Source of the DNA: Mobula hypostoma
Taxonomy: Eukaryota
Assembly: GCF_963921235.1 (NCBI RefSeq)
Contig: NC_086109.1
Location: forward strand, 25,236,001 to 25,300,000
Direction of reading: 5' to 3'
Length of the DNA stretch: 64,000 nt
This document shows positions 11,601 through 24,039 of this stretch, piece after piece; the first letter of the stretch is position 1, and each line of letters opens with the position of its first letter. Under the pieces are notes generated by a model. It searched no databases. It was not told the DNA's origin and saw nothing but the letters and a program-made list of their open reading frames with translations. Made by a program: the position numbers and the translations under genes.

Positions 11601-13767
11601 AAATAATGTACTCCTGAAGTTCTCCCATATTGATGCAAGTCAGATTGTATGACTGGATTCAATTATGACCATATCACTTGACTTTTTGTTAAGGTTCCTT
11701 ACAAACTATTACTTAATAGGTAAATAGTAATTGCATTAATGTTAGCGTATAGTTTGACTTTGCATGATGTAATTCTGGTTCTGAATAAAAGTGCTCTTGA
11801 AACTCTGAACTTCAATTTGCTACAGTTTGGTTAATTGTTAAAGGTTTGTGAAAGAATCATGTAAGAAGCAAAGAGGTAGGCTTTCTTGGCTGGCTTCTCA
11901 AAGAGTGAATGGCTGGGTGTAATAGAGAATTGACAACCTGGCAGATTTGGCACAGCATTACTGATGCTCTTTACCTTTTGAAGAACAAAACATTTCCCAT
12001 TTTTGGAAAACCTTTCAATGTAATTGGTATCCAGTGAAGCACTCTCTCTGTTGTAATGGAAATCATGAGATCAATTAATGAATAACAAGATCCCAACATT
12101 AACCATGATCTGATTTACAGACATTACGTAAAGGATAAATATTGCAAGAAAAATAAATAATAACACCTGTTGGGTCCAGTTTTAAGCTTTTATGATACGG
12201 AAATTACATATTAATTTGTAAATGACCCTCTTGTATTGATTCGAATCTAGTGTGGTAAAATCATACAGCCGTGAACAATGGAATACAGACCTATAGAATT
12301 ATAATATTAAAGATCCATAAAGCCAGAGGATCATATAACAGATTTTGGAATGTAAAGTCATCAATCATGGAACCACAGAAGTACTAAACAGAAGGGCCCT
12401 TAACATCAAAACAATAGCATCAATGTTCTATGGCAAATTGAATCAGTGAAACATAATACCATATTATACTTACACCATGATAGCACAAGCAATAAATGCA
12501 GTATTAGAAGTTTCCTGTACACAAGGTAAATATTTTTCGTCATGCCAAAATGAAGACTTTGATAGACCAAGTGAAAACAAATCCTACTGATCCATCCTTC
12601 TCATACTCCTTTCTATTTTGGACTCTTCTTCAATGCACTTCCTCAGTCTAGATTGGAAGACTTGGGCATGTCCAGTATCTGTGATTCTTTTTTAGGCCCA
12701 AGATTTTTCATAATGGAACAATAGTTAACCTTTTCTATAACACCTTAAAGCTAATGAGATTGAATTACCATTTCTCACATATATTTTCACTGTATCATAT
12801 TCCATCTTAAGACAACTATGATTAAATGTAAATGGGCAAATACATTGCGCATGCAGTATAATGTAGCTAAATGTGAACTGAAGCAATTTAATAGGAATAA
12901 CAGAAAGGTAGAATACTATTTAAATGGTGATAGATTAAGAAATGTTATTGTGCAAAAGCATCTTAAAGTGTAGCAAGCAATTAAGGAGGCAAATGGTTTG
13001 CTGGCCTTCATGGCAAGAGGTTTTTAGTACAGGAAGGAGCAAAAAGGATTTAGAATACTTACTTCAGGCCTGTTGCAGCCTTGAGCCATTGAGGTAGTGC
13101 AGATTGATTCCTGGGATGGCAGAATTATTTTACATTTATTTTAAGATATAAATATAAGATTCAGGTTTATTATCACTGGCATATGACGTGAAATTTGTTA
13201 ACTTAGCAGCAGCAGTTCAATGTAATACATAATCTAGCAGAGAGAGAAAAAAAATAATAAAAGAAAACCATAATAAATAAACAAGTAAATCAATTACATA
13301 TACTACATTGAATAGATTTTTTTTTAAATGTGCAAAAACAGAAATACTGTATATTAAAAAAGTGAGGTAATGTCCAAAGCTTTGTGTCCAAATATTTAGA
13401 TTTATTTTAAGATAAATATTTGAGAGTAAATGGTGATATTCATGCATGGCAAAGAGAAGTAGGGAGGAGGCTAACACATTGCATAAACATGGAATCAAAC
13501 TTAGGCAAATGGATCTTTCTATGCTGCAAATTCCACATGCTTTCTCAAGCAATTCTTGCAACTACCATAGGGAAGCATCATTTCTTGGATACGCTCAAGA
13601 TGCTCCCTACCAAAAGAATTAATCCCCCTGAATTTCCTAATAAAAACTGTTAAATACTCAAATAACAGATCGTAGGACATGATTAGAAATCCAGCTATGG
13701 AAAGTGATGAAAGAGAATTGGTTTTGGTATGTTTTTTAAAAAAATTATTGTCACATATACTGAGATT

Positions 13768-15530
13768 CTAAATTGGAGAAAGGCCAATCTTGATGGTATC
13801 AGAAAGGATCTGGCAAATGTGGATTGGGCCAAGCTGTTTTCTGGCAAAGGTGTACTTGGGTAAGTACAAGGCCTTCAAAAGTGAGATATTGAGACTACAA
13901 AGCTTGTATGTGCATGTCAGAATAACAGGTAAATATAACAGGTGTAGGGAACCTCGGTTAAGAAAAAAAAGGAAGTTGCATTGCAGGTATACACAGGTAG
14001 AAACAAATGAGGTGCTTATGGAGTATAAGAAATGCAAGAGAACACTTAAGAAAGAAATCAGGAGGGCTAAAAGAAAACATGAAGTTGTCTTAGCAGACAA
14101 GGTGAAGGGGAATCCTAAGAGATTCTACATATATGTTAAGAGCAAAAGGGCTGCAAGGTACAAATTTGGTCTTCTGGAAGATCAGAATGGTAATGCATGC
14201 GTGATCCATGAGATGGGAGATCTTAAATCCATTTCTTGCATCTGTAAAGGAGACAAACTCAAAGTAAATACATGTAAGCTAAAATGGCATCCACTTCATA
14301 GACTCTATACAGATTACAAAGGAGGAGGAGGTGTTTGTCATCTTAAGGCAAATTAGGATGGATAAATCCCCAGGGCCTGACAAGGTGTTCCCTCAGACCC
14401 TGTGGGAGTAAAGTGTGAAAGTGCACAAATTGCCAGGACACGAGCTGAGATACTTAAATTATCCTTAGCGACAGATGATGTACCAGTGGATTGGGGGATA
14501 GCCAATGTTGTTCCACTGTTTAAGAAAGCCTCTAAAAATAAACTAGGAGGTCACAGGGATCAGTGCTGGGTACGTTGTTGTTCGTCATTTATATCAACAG
14601 CCTGGATGATAATGTAATTAACCGTATCAGCAAATTTGCGGATCACACCAGGATTGGGGGTGTAGTGGACAGCGAGAAAGACTATCATTGCTTGCAGCGG
14701 GACCTGGACCAGCTGGAAAAGTGGGCAGAAAAATGGCAGATGGAATTTAATGCAGACAAGTGCAAGGTGTTGCACTTTGGTAGGACCAACCCGGGTAGTC
14801 TTATACAGTGAAAGGGAGGGCACTGGGGAGTGTGATAGGACAAAGGGATCTGGGAATACAAGTCCATAATTCATTGAAAGTGGTGTCACAGGTTGATAGG
14901 GTCATAAAGAGAGCTTTTGGCACATTGGCCTTCCAAAATCGAAGTATTGAGTACAGGAGATGGAATGTTATGTTGGTGTTGTGTAATACATTGGTGAGGC
15001 CTAATTCAGAGTACTGTGCAGTTTTCAGCACGTACCTACAGGTAAGATGTAAATAAGTTTGAAACGTACAGAGAAAATTTACAAGCTTGTTGCCGAGTCT
15101 GAAGGACCTGAGTTATAAGGAAAGTCTGAATATGTTAGGAGTTAACTCTTTGGAATGTGGAAGACTGAGAGGAAATTTGATAGAGGTGTAGAAAATTATG
15201 AGGGGAACAGGGTAAATGCATGGAGTCTTTTTCCTTTGAGGTTGGGTGGGACTAAAACAAGAGGTAATGGGTTAAGGGTGAAAGGTTTAAGGGGAATATG
15301 AGGGGAAACTTCTTCACTCAGGGTCCTGAGAGTATTGAACAAGCTGCCAGTTTGAATGGTACACACAAGTTCGATTTCAATGTTTAAGAGAAGTTTGGAT
15401 AGACGCATGGATAGTAGAGGCATGGAGGGCTATGCTCCCAGTGCAGATCGATGGGAGTAGCAGTTTAAAGGGTTTGGTACTGACCAGATGGCCTGAAGGG
15501 CCTGTTTCTGTGCTGTACTTTTCTATGACA
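13768..15530 (+). mobile_element. CR1 LINE, internally deleted ORF2 remnant plus 3'UTR
   Basis: NPKRFYIYVKSKR, DWGIANVVPLFKK, SKFADHTRIGG, WQMEFNADKCKVLHFG. Confidence 0.9.
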
Positions 15531-16280
15531 TTGAGTCTATATAGTGAAAAGCTTGTCTTGCATACAGTTCACACAGATCAAATCATTGCATAGTGCACTG
15601 AGGTAGAACAAGGTAAAGCAATTACAATGCAGAATAAAGTGCAACAACTACAGGGGGCGTATAGAGCAGGTGAACCATAAATTTCAAGATCATAACAAGG
15701 TAGATTGTGAGGTAAGGATGCCATCTTATTGTATGAGGGATTCATTCAAGAATATTACAACTGCAGGATGGAAGATGGTGGTACATGCTTTCAAGCTTTT
15801 TTAAAAATCTTTTTCCCGGTGGGAAAGAGGAGAAAACAAAATATCCAGGATGGGTTGGGTCTTTAATTATGCAGGTTGCTTTACTGAGGTAATTAGAGTC
15901 CATAGAGAGGAAGCTGGCTCCTGAGCTCTGCCCATAACACTCTGCAGTTTCTTGTGATCAAGTGCAGAGCAACTTCCACACTAAACCAGTATGCAAACAG
16001 ACAAAATGCTTTCTGTGGTGCACTGATAAAAAAAATAGTCAGGGTCAACAGGGGCCTTTACCAAATTACCTTACTTCATAAATTAAGTGATTGATCATTT
16101 ATGAATTACTACCAGAATTATTGAGAGATAATTGGCTGTTATTATCCCTTAGGTACAGAGACACCATCCAACATGTGACTCCAAATCAACATGAGTGATT
16201 CTGTGTTGCATCTCAGTTATACAAACCAGGAAGGGCATTAAACTAACGCAGACCAAACCATCTGTCCTCATCATTGCCAT

Positions 16281-16658
16281 CTTTACTTTACTTTATTGTC
16301 ACCAAACAATTGATACTAGAGCCTACAATCATCACAGCGATATTTGATTCTGCGCTTCCCGCTCCCTGGATTACAAATCGATAGTAAATATTAAAAATGT
16401 AAATTATAAATCATAAATAGAAAATAGAAAAGGGAAAGTAAGGTAGTGCAAAAAAAAAACCGAGAGGCTGGTCCGGATATTTGGAGGGTACGGCCCAGAT
16501 CCAGGTCAGGATCCGTTCAGCAGTCTTATCACAATTGGAAAGAAGCTGTTCCCAAATCTGGCCGTATGAGTCTTAAAGCTCCTGAGCTTTCTCCCCGAGG
16601 GAAGAGGGATGAAAAGTGTGTTGGCTGGGTGGGTCGTGTCCTTGATTATCCTGGCAGC
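16281..16658 (-). mobile_element. Rex1/Babar LINE 3' end, same subfamily as 31490-32131
   Basis: AARIIKDTTHPANTLFIPLPSGRK...NSFFP; AATAAAGTAAAGTAAAG tail on minus strand. Confidence 0.85.
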
Positions 16659-17345
16659 ACATCTTGATACAATGATTAACTTTACATTAATTATTCTCCA
16701 GTTATAACATCTAACTGACTGGTAAGCCATGCTAACTTTGCACATCTAGAATATGAAATTATTTCACCATAAATTTCTGATCCAGATAATTAGATGCAGA
16801 CTAAATGTAGTTGTTTGCACTTTGAAGAGTTAAATATACTACCATTAGCATTCTTCCCACTCACTTAAGAAGATTGGTTACTTTGGAGAAGCAAAAACAG
16901 ATCTTTACAGAGAGAAAAAAAAAACATTCTTATGGATAGTTAATTCAGTGTAACCACAAGATTTTTTCTTTAATTCCCAAAGAACGGCAAGGTGCTTCAC
17001 AGCAATCGCAGGAGTTGTTAGGATGAGTGACTATAAGCTTGGTCATATGGACTGTCTTAGAGAGAAGAAAAGTTTAGAAGGAGTCCAGACATCTGCAAGT
17101 GTGGTCATCAGTTCATGGTGAGTTATAATCTCAGCATAAAAACATGCCAGTTGATCCATCAAGTCTATTCTAACTACTAAATACCCCATTACACCAATAC
17201 TACATTAATTCTTACATTCTCATCAATAGCATCCAGTTTCTACCAGTCACACTATGGTCAATCTAAGTTGGTTATTGAGCCTTCAGCTACTTGTCTTAAT
17301 TTTTAATATGAGAGGAAACTGGAGCACCAAAAGGAAATCCACGTG

Positions 17346-17624
17346 CAGGCTATCCCTGGGTTCTTTTTTTAAACAAATATCCATAATTTGATTTTGTCCA
17401 AAAATTGGAAAATACTCAAAAATCACTAATTACCATACCTCCATAGTATTGTAATAAATAGCATCAAAAGGACGTAAGACCATAAGAAAGTGGAGACTAG
17501 TTCTGGTGCCACAAGTATGAGTGCACGCACATACATCAGACCTGCGAATTTAATAATATTCTGTGAGCTCCTTTGTGGGTAGAGATGTCCATAAGTCAGG
17601 TGTTCGTAACCTGGAGACGGCCTG
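17346..17624. mobile_element. Tc1/mariner-pogo (Tigger-like) MITE remnant
   Basis: Imperfect TIRs CAGGCTATCCCTGGGTT ... AACCTGGAGACGGCCTG. Confidence 0.5.
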
Positions 17625-19159
17625 TTATCATGGACAGAACATACAAATTCCATACAGCCAGCACCAAAGATGAGGACAAAATCTCCTTCACTGAAGTTAC
17701 GAGGCAGCAGCTCTACTAGCTGTGCGACTGTGATAAAGAACTTGGACGTACAGGAAACCAGGACCTGAGGACTTTGTTACTGAAACTGCACTTCTCAGTG
17801 TAGTGTTCTTAGATTAGCATTTTAATAATTCTGAATGAAGCCTGCTCAAAACTACTAAATATAAGATATCCTATAATGAGAAATTGACATTCTATAAATG
17901 TGGTACTGTAAAATTTGCAGAGGGAAAACCTCAACGTTGCAATCCGGATTCAAGTGCAACAATTAGAAGTGTCTCTTTGTACAAATTAACAACAAATCAA
18001 TGCTGCACCTTTTTTTAAGTCTGCAAAGAGAGCTAGAAAGTGATCGATACTCACTGAGAGAAAGAAAGCCAATCATACTGTGATGTTAACTGGCAAGGTT
18101 GTTAATACAAAAAAAAAGTAAACAGCTATCTTCTTGAAAGAAATTACCCAACAGAAACAGCAATTGTCCTTTAAGTAACCATTATACTTATTCAGCCTTC
18201 TTCTCTATTGGGACCACGTACAGGCCAAAATAGACAGGCCATGTTAACAGCTGAACTTTATTCCATGAGCCAGAATCCAAGTGTGAAAAGATGTAGAAAT
18301 TAATTAGATGTTCAAGTATATCACATTTTTTTCTCTCATAAAAGTGGAATCACATGCGAAGCTATTGGATGAATATATCTCCACTTCTCAATTGGACTGG
18401 TAACAACAGGGGTCCACCAAAAAAATGTGATTTATGTTGTTTTTGGGTGAGGGGAGGATTATTGGTATGGGTCTGGTATCCAGAACAGCACCTCAGATAA
18501 AGCTGAAGAATAAAATGATGAAGGACAGACATTTGGAACATTTGCTTAATGTCTTTTTAAGTCATGAAGCATTTATCCCTTGGAAAAAATAAGTGGAGTG
18601 GAAACTATAATCGGGTGTGTGATATTTGCTTCTTTTGAAAAAGTTGTTTTTTTTGTCTGAATGCCTTATAATTCATATTTGCTGAAAGTTATGTTGTTAT
18701 AATAATGTTAATACTATAATAGTATTAGGAAAACTGAAAATAAAGGTATCTTGAATCTACTGAACAAGGTGCATGTAACCAAGGCCCACACATTCTATGC
18801 ACCTCAAACAAGTAACATTATCTCTGGCAACTGAGGTTATTAGCACAATTGTTGCACACTGTAATTGATTTATTATGTTCCATCCTTCAGTCAGAAACAA
18901 GGAGATGTGTAAGGACAACGCAAGTCTATACCTCAACAAGGAGCTACCAGCTTTGACTGAATCACCAGTAAGTTACAAGATGTCTAAAAGGGTTGACTAC
19001 TTGCCAATGACTATTTACAACCTGACACACTAATGTGAGATGTTTGCCAACTATCACCAATGAATAAGGTGAAAAGGTATTCTGAGGATTTGGTGCTAAT
19101 TTGACCATGGGGCAAGACTAAAGTAGGATTACATCAACACTGATGTTACGTCAGGCTTG

Positions 19160-19832
19160 TGGGCAGGGTTCCTCTCGTCTCAGTTATTAGTTTACCAGTG
19201 AGACAGGATATTAAAGGAAACAAGGTGGCAGACATTTTTGCCAAGCAATCACTTAAAATTAAGGATATAAATGTAGTGGTACCTTTGCATAAGGGGGAGA
19301 CAAAAGCCATATTTAAAACATCTATTCGATCACTGTGGCAACAAAGTTGGGTTAAGGAAAAGAAAGGATGGCATTGATATAAAATTCAGAGGATGATGGA
19401 ATGCAACTGGGAGATGGATAGAAGAGGAGAGAAGTTATACTTACATGTTTACATATTGGACATACTAGGTTGAATAATTCCCTGTTCAAAATTGCAGCTG
19501 TAGGGCATGCACTTGTCAAGGAACGATACAGCATATATTGCTTAAATGTATTTCCTATGAGGTGCAAAGGAAACATCTAATTGCTAAATTGAGATCTTTG
19601 GGACAGACAGTTTAATATGGAATGTTTATTAAGATATCACTGGCTTTGTAATGTCTGTAAATGTATTTCACTTTCTGAAAAGCATTAGACTTTTTGATAT
19701 ATTTCGAGTTTGCTGGGGGGGGGAGGGCAGCTTGAAATTTAGTGGGCATACCTCCTGTCTCTTTGCTCCACACCCCAACACAGTAGGTGGCAGTAATGCA
19801 CCTTAAGTTGGTCTGCCAACCACCATTAAACT
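19160..19832 (+). mobile_element. I-clade (Nimb-like) LINE 3' fragment with RNase H remnant
   Basis: IKGNKVADIFAKQS, LWQQSW, RREVILTCLHIGHTRLN; 3' end CAGTAGGTGGCAGTAATGCACC...TGCCAACCACCATTAAA. Confidence 0.7.
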
Positions 19833-21479
19833 TTACAAGATGGATCATTGAAATGCCACCCCCTGCCAGATTTCCTACTGGGTTGCATTACTGCTGCACA
19901 AAGAACAGAAGATCCTGCAAAAACAGACATGCAGTATTTATCAAGAACCACCTTGATTAAAGTGGGTGGCACCTGGGCCCTAGGTAATTTCTCAGGTAAG
20001 TACATGTTCTGCACAGCTTTGTGGGCTGAATGGCCTGTATTGTGCTGTAGGTTTTCTATGTTTCTATCTGGCTTACAGGACAGTTGTTTAATTGCTTGCA
20101 AATGCCAATCCATATATATTTAGGCAGAATGCATCAATGTCGGATGGAGATTGAGTTACCTGAGAACTTCACTTACTCCTTGCCCCCCTTTAAGAGCAAT
20201 ACCATAGGGCATTTTCAACGTTCAAAGTAAATTTACTATCGAAATACACATTTGCCACCATATACTACCCTGAGATTCATTTTCTTGCAGGCATTCACCG
20301 TAGAACAGAGAAATACAATAGAATCAATGAAAAACCACACACAAATAAGACTGACAATTAATGTGCTAAAGAAGACAAACTGTGAATGCAAAAAAATCAT
20401 AAATAATACTGAGAACATTAGTGGTCGAGCCCTTGAAATTTTATCCGAACATGTTCAGAGCTAGGTCTGTAGTCTAGATATCTAACTAAATATGAATTTA
20501 TCTCTGTAAATACTAATCACGCTGTTTGGTGGACTGGTGCTGTTATATTTACCAATACGTGTATGATATTCAGAATATGGAAGAGCTATATCCACACGTA
20601 CTGCTGTTTCTCTCCCATTCTACCTGTAACCCTATCAACCCGACTCCCGCCGCATCTGGCAGCTGTTAACTATTTAATGGTGCACTCAGTGACGACGTTT
20701 CAAACTAATGGTGGCTTTGCAGTGCTAGCTGGGAGTCGCCCTACTACAACTGTTAGAGCTGGATAAATGCCGCTCCCAGTCCCGCAGCGATTAGTTTAAG
20801 AAACAATTGACTAAATATGTTGTTTTCAATGTGTGTTAGTTTCGCTGAAATCCAATCTACGGCACCCTACACGTGACATATTTGAACTAGACGAAAAGTG
20901 TTGGATTCCTTGGGTAATGTCACTGAAAGGGTATAATCGTATAAACAGCACAACTGTCTCGCTGTTTTCCGCATGTCTCTGTTTTTTTTTAAAGTATATA
21001 AACAACAGTTTCAAGATTATAGATTCCGTTCATTGAGATTCCGGTCTGATATCGCCACTGGTGGCAGAACGGGACAATTTTTTTTTAAAAAAGCTTTTTT
21101 TTTGCATCTAGAATTCAAAACATTGAATTTTTAAAATGTTATGCAAATACTTCTTCGGGAAACTCTTGATCTGAGCAGTGCTAAATATTTCCGTGTCTTT
21201 CCGATCTGAGAAAATGCCTTATTGTCTGTCAATGAATAAGATATCAAAGCAATAACTAGCAATTATTAATTGCTCCGTTGATCTTGGGAGATATAAACTG
21301 CATGGAAAAATAAATGCTCAATGTGTAGGAATATTAAAAATCTTCAGTTAGCTAGTTCACGACGCAAAGGGGGCAGCGTCCTCGATCTGCTGCCCATAGA
21401 ACTCAAATCAGACCATTACTCACCTCTAATGTATCTCCAACACGCCCACCCCAGCATTGTTACAGAACTTTGCCCCACA

Positions 21480-23070
21480 GATATAAAGCTTCCTTCAACC
21501 CGCCTAGGTACCTCCTGGCTGCCCCGGTCCTTATCCCAGATTTCGAATGTGGACCCCTACTCTCGACCCCGCCCTCTCCCCACGGCTCAGCTTCAGACAC
21601 AGACACGGAGACACGGCAGCAGCCTCGGTGCCAGACATGGACTCAGACATCTATTGACAGCCCCGCCCCCGGCCCCGAAGCCCCCAGGTGAGAACATGTA
21701 AGAAATGCAGAAATCCGCCACACATCTGACCCACCCAGTAACCTCAGTCGGAAAGTGGCGAGAGCCGGAATATTTTCACATGAGACTTGTCGAGGGACTG
21801 ATGTGAAAGGGCACACACACACACACACAACACACACGCGTTGGTAAAACTCGGACAAACCCCGTCGAAAGAGGAAGGCAGATTGCGCTTTGGCACATCC
21901 GACACTTTCTGCATTCTGCCACTTCCAGCCCTGAAGACCGGCGGACTTTCTCAGCCAGACACCGTGCGAGGCCACTAGCGCGAAGTCTGATCCCGCTGCC
22001 AATCTCAGCCCAGGTTGTCAGCTGAAATAAAGGCGGGCTGTTAAACTACTAAAGCAGGGTCTCTGAGCACGGGGACGGGGAGAAAACTGTGGACAGACCC
22101 TCGTAAGAATCCGCTGCTCCGCATCTGCCATTTTACAAGCGCCCAGGACCTGATGCTGTTGGAATTAACAGGTTGTTGAAAGTGAGCAGCTCCAAGCTGG
22201 TGAGTGCGGACTGCGGACCCAGTGAATGAATGCGTCCTGCCCGGATCTGTGGATGATTCTTTACCCTGACCTGCCTGTGCAAGTGCCATCGATTCCAGGT
22301 CTGATCGCTTTGTCCCTTCTCCAGTAACTTGATCCGGGTTTTTTTTTTGGTCAAACCAGAGAAACAGGAATACAAACTAATCTTCCCTGGGAGGGGGATT
22401 TGGTTGAAGCCCGACCTCCGCATGATAAGCTCCGTGTGTGTCTCATCTTACCGGGGACGCAAGTCAGGCAATAAAGCTCCATCTAAACCATGTCTGAAGG
22501 AAGAAATGGGCAAGGGGGAGGACAGCGAGAGAATCACCATCAACGTTGGTGGCACTAGGCATGAAACGTACAAAAGTACCCTGCAAACGCTGCCGGGGAC
22601 CCGGCTAGCGGGGCTCGCTGACCCCGGCGCCCAAGGCAACTTTGATTTCGACGCCAAGTCCAGCCAGTTCTTCTTTGACCGCCACCCGGGCATTTTCGCC
22701 TATGTGCTCAATTATTACCGCACGGGCAAGCTGCACTGCCCGGCCGATGTGTGCGGACCCCTGTTCGAGGAAGAGTTGGCTTTCTGGGGACTGGACGAGA
22801 CCGATGTGGAGCCCTGTTGCTGGATGACTTACAGGCAGCACCGAGATGCCGAGGAGGCGCTGGACATCTTCGAGCCGACGGACGGCACTTGCAACAGCGC
22901 CGAGAGGGAAGACGACGGCGAGCCCGACCTTGACTCGGGCCGCATCCTGGGACTGGAAGCTTGCAACCACAACCGTTCCACTCTTGCCAACTGCTGGAAG
23001 AGATGGCAGCCCAAAGTGTGGGCACTCTTCGAAGACCCTTACTCCTCCAGAGCGGCACGGGTAAGCAACA
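21480..23070 (+). promoter_or_regulatory. CpG-island-like promoter/5'UTR/exon 1 region of the Kv3 gene
   Basis: Visibly high GC and CpG density against an AT-rich, CpG-poor background; GC boxes (CCCCGCCC) near 21567 and 21661; CA microsatellite ~21813-21836. Confidence 0.75.
22422..23060 (+). CDS. KCNC4: Kv3 (Shaw) voltage-gated K+ channel, first coding exon (213 codons): inactivation peptide + T1 domain; best match Kv3.4
   Basis: Begins [32 protein letters not shown], nearly the Kv3.4 N-terminus as I recall it. Contains [18 protein letters not shown], the Zn motif HCPADVC...EPCC and [14 protein letters not shown], then a phase-0 donor GTAAGC at 23061. The ORF-track start at 22329 is a TTG, not the real start. 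Confidence 0.93.
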
Positions 23071-24039
23071 GATTAGACACCTGCTAGTCAGTTTCAGCAT
23101 CTTCTAACCAATGTTTCATGAACACTTTATTTCCCCCGATTCCACAATGAATATATTCAGAAACCTGCACGTTTACATTAAATAAAAATAACGCGTAAAG
23201 TATTTTAAGAGCTCTAGCCACTAAAGTCAAGCCGCAGATTCGATAGAGCAATTATTTATTTTTTTAATAGTTCAAAGTATCTGAATATGACAATATAAAG
23301 TGAGGGCTTTGGGCTTTCAAACTCCCAGTGAATCAGCAGATCGACGGTCATCGCGCCAAAGAATTCGTCTGACTAGTTAGTCTGAAATAGATAATACTTT
23401 TACTTGTAAATTAATATAAAATGCTAATATGTTAAACATTTCCTGTGACGGGGGTGGGGGAGACTCGATATGAAGCAACACTGCTTGTCTGGTAGAAAAT
23501 TTGCAGAGTTTAGCGGAGTAGCAATGAATCTCGTTTCCAGTTCTTGCAGTATTTTAACCATTATTTTGCTGTCTACTGACTAAAAGGGATAAGGTGAGCG
23601 CGGGGTACGTGGGTACATGCACGCCCGCACGCATGCACGCGCACCAGACAGCAGGGTCTAGTTTGGTGACTATATAATGGAGACAGGGAATGGATTCTGC
23701 ACAACTGTTGCATGGGAGCGGCCTCCCGGTTTCCACTTAGCTTCGCCTCGGGAGGCGAGCATATTAGTATTATCACAAATTAACCAAAGCAATAAAGATG
23801 GAAATAGAATTAGACGCAGATAAAAGCCCACTGGTTTGGAAGGAAAGGTAGGGCGATCTATTTGCCATAACAATTAAAGTGATGAACGAGAACACGGACC
23901 TTAAGACTAAGAACGAATTTAATCACTTCAAGCTCAGAGCATCAGCTGTTAAGGTATAATGTTGATGGATGATTTTTCTTTAGTCTGAATGTTTACAATC
24001 CTTTTGTATTGTTTTAATTATTGCAATTATGTGGCACCT

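Noticed and set aside
21321..21701. 126-aa ORF upstream of the channel, ending near a donor-like site
   Set aside because: No recognisable domain; consistent with a chance ORF in GC-rich promoter DNA
22062..22096. REST/RE1-like site (TGAGCAC...GGACAG)
   Set aside because: Half-site mismatches and spacing do not fit the consensus
22329..22421. 31-aa N-terminal extension in the ORF track
   Set aside because: Starts at TTG; Kv3.4 similarity begins at ATG 22422
23061..23087. ORF continuation VSNRLDTC*
   Set aside because: Read-through past a canonical GTAAGC donor into the intron
22448..23100. Overlapping antisense and alternate-frame ORFs
   Set aside because: Expected by-product of a GC-rich exon; no recognisable protein
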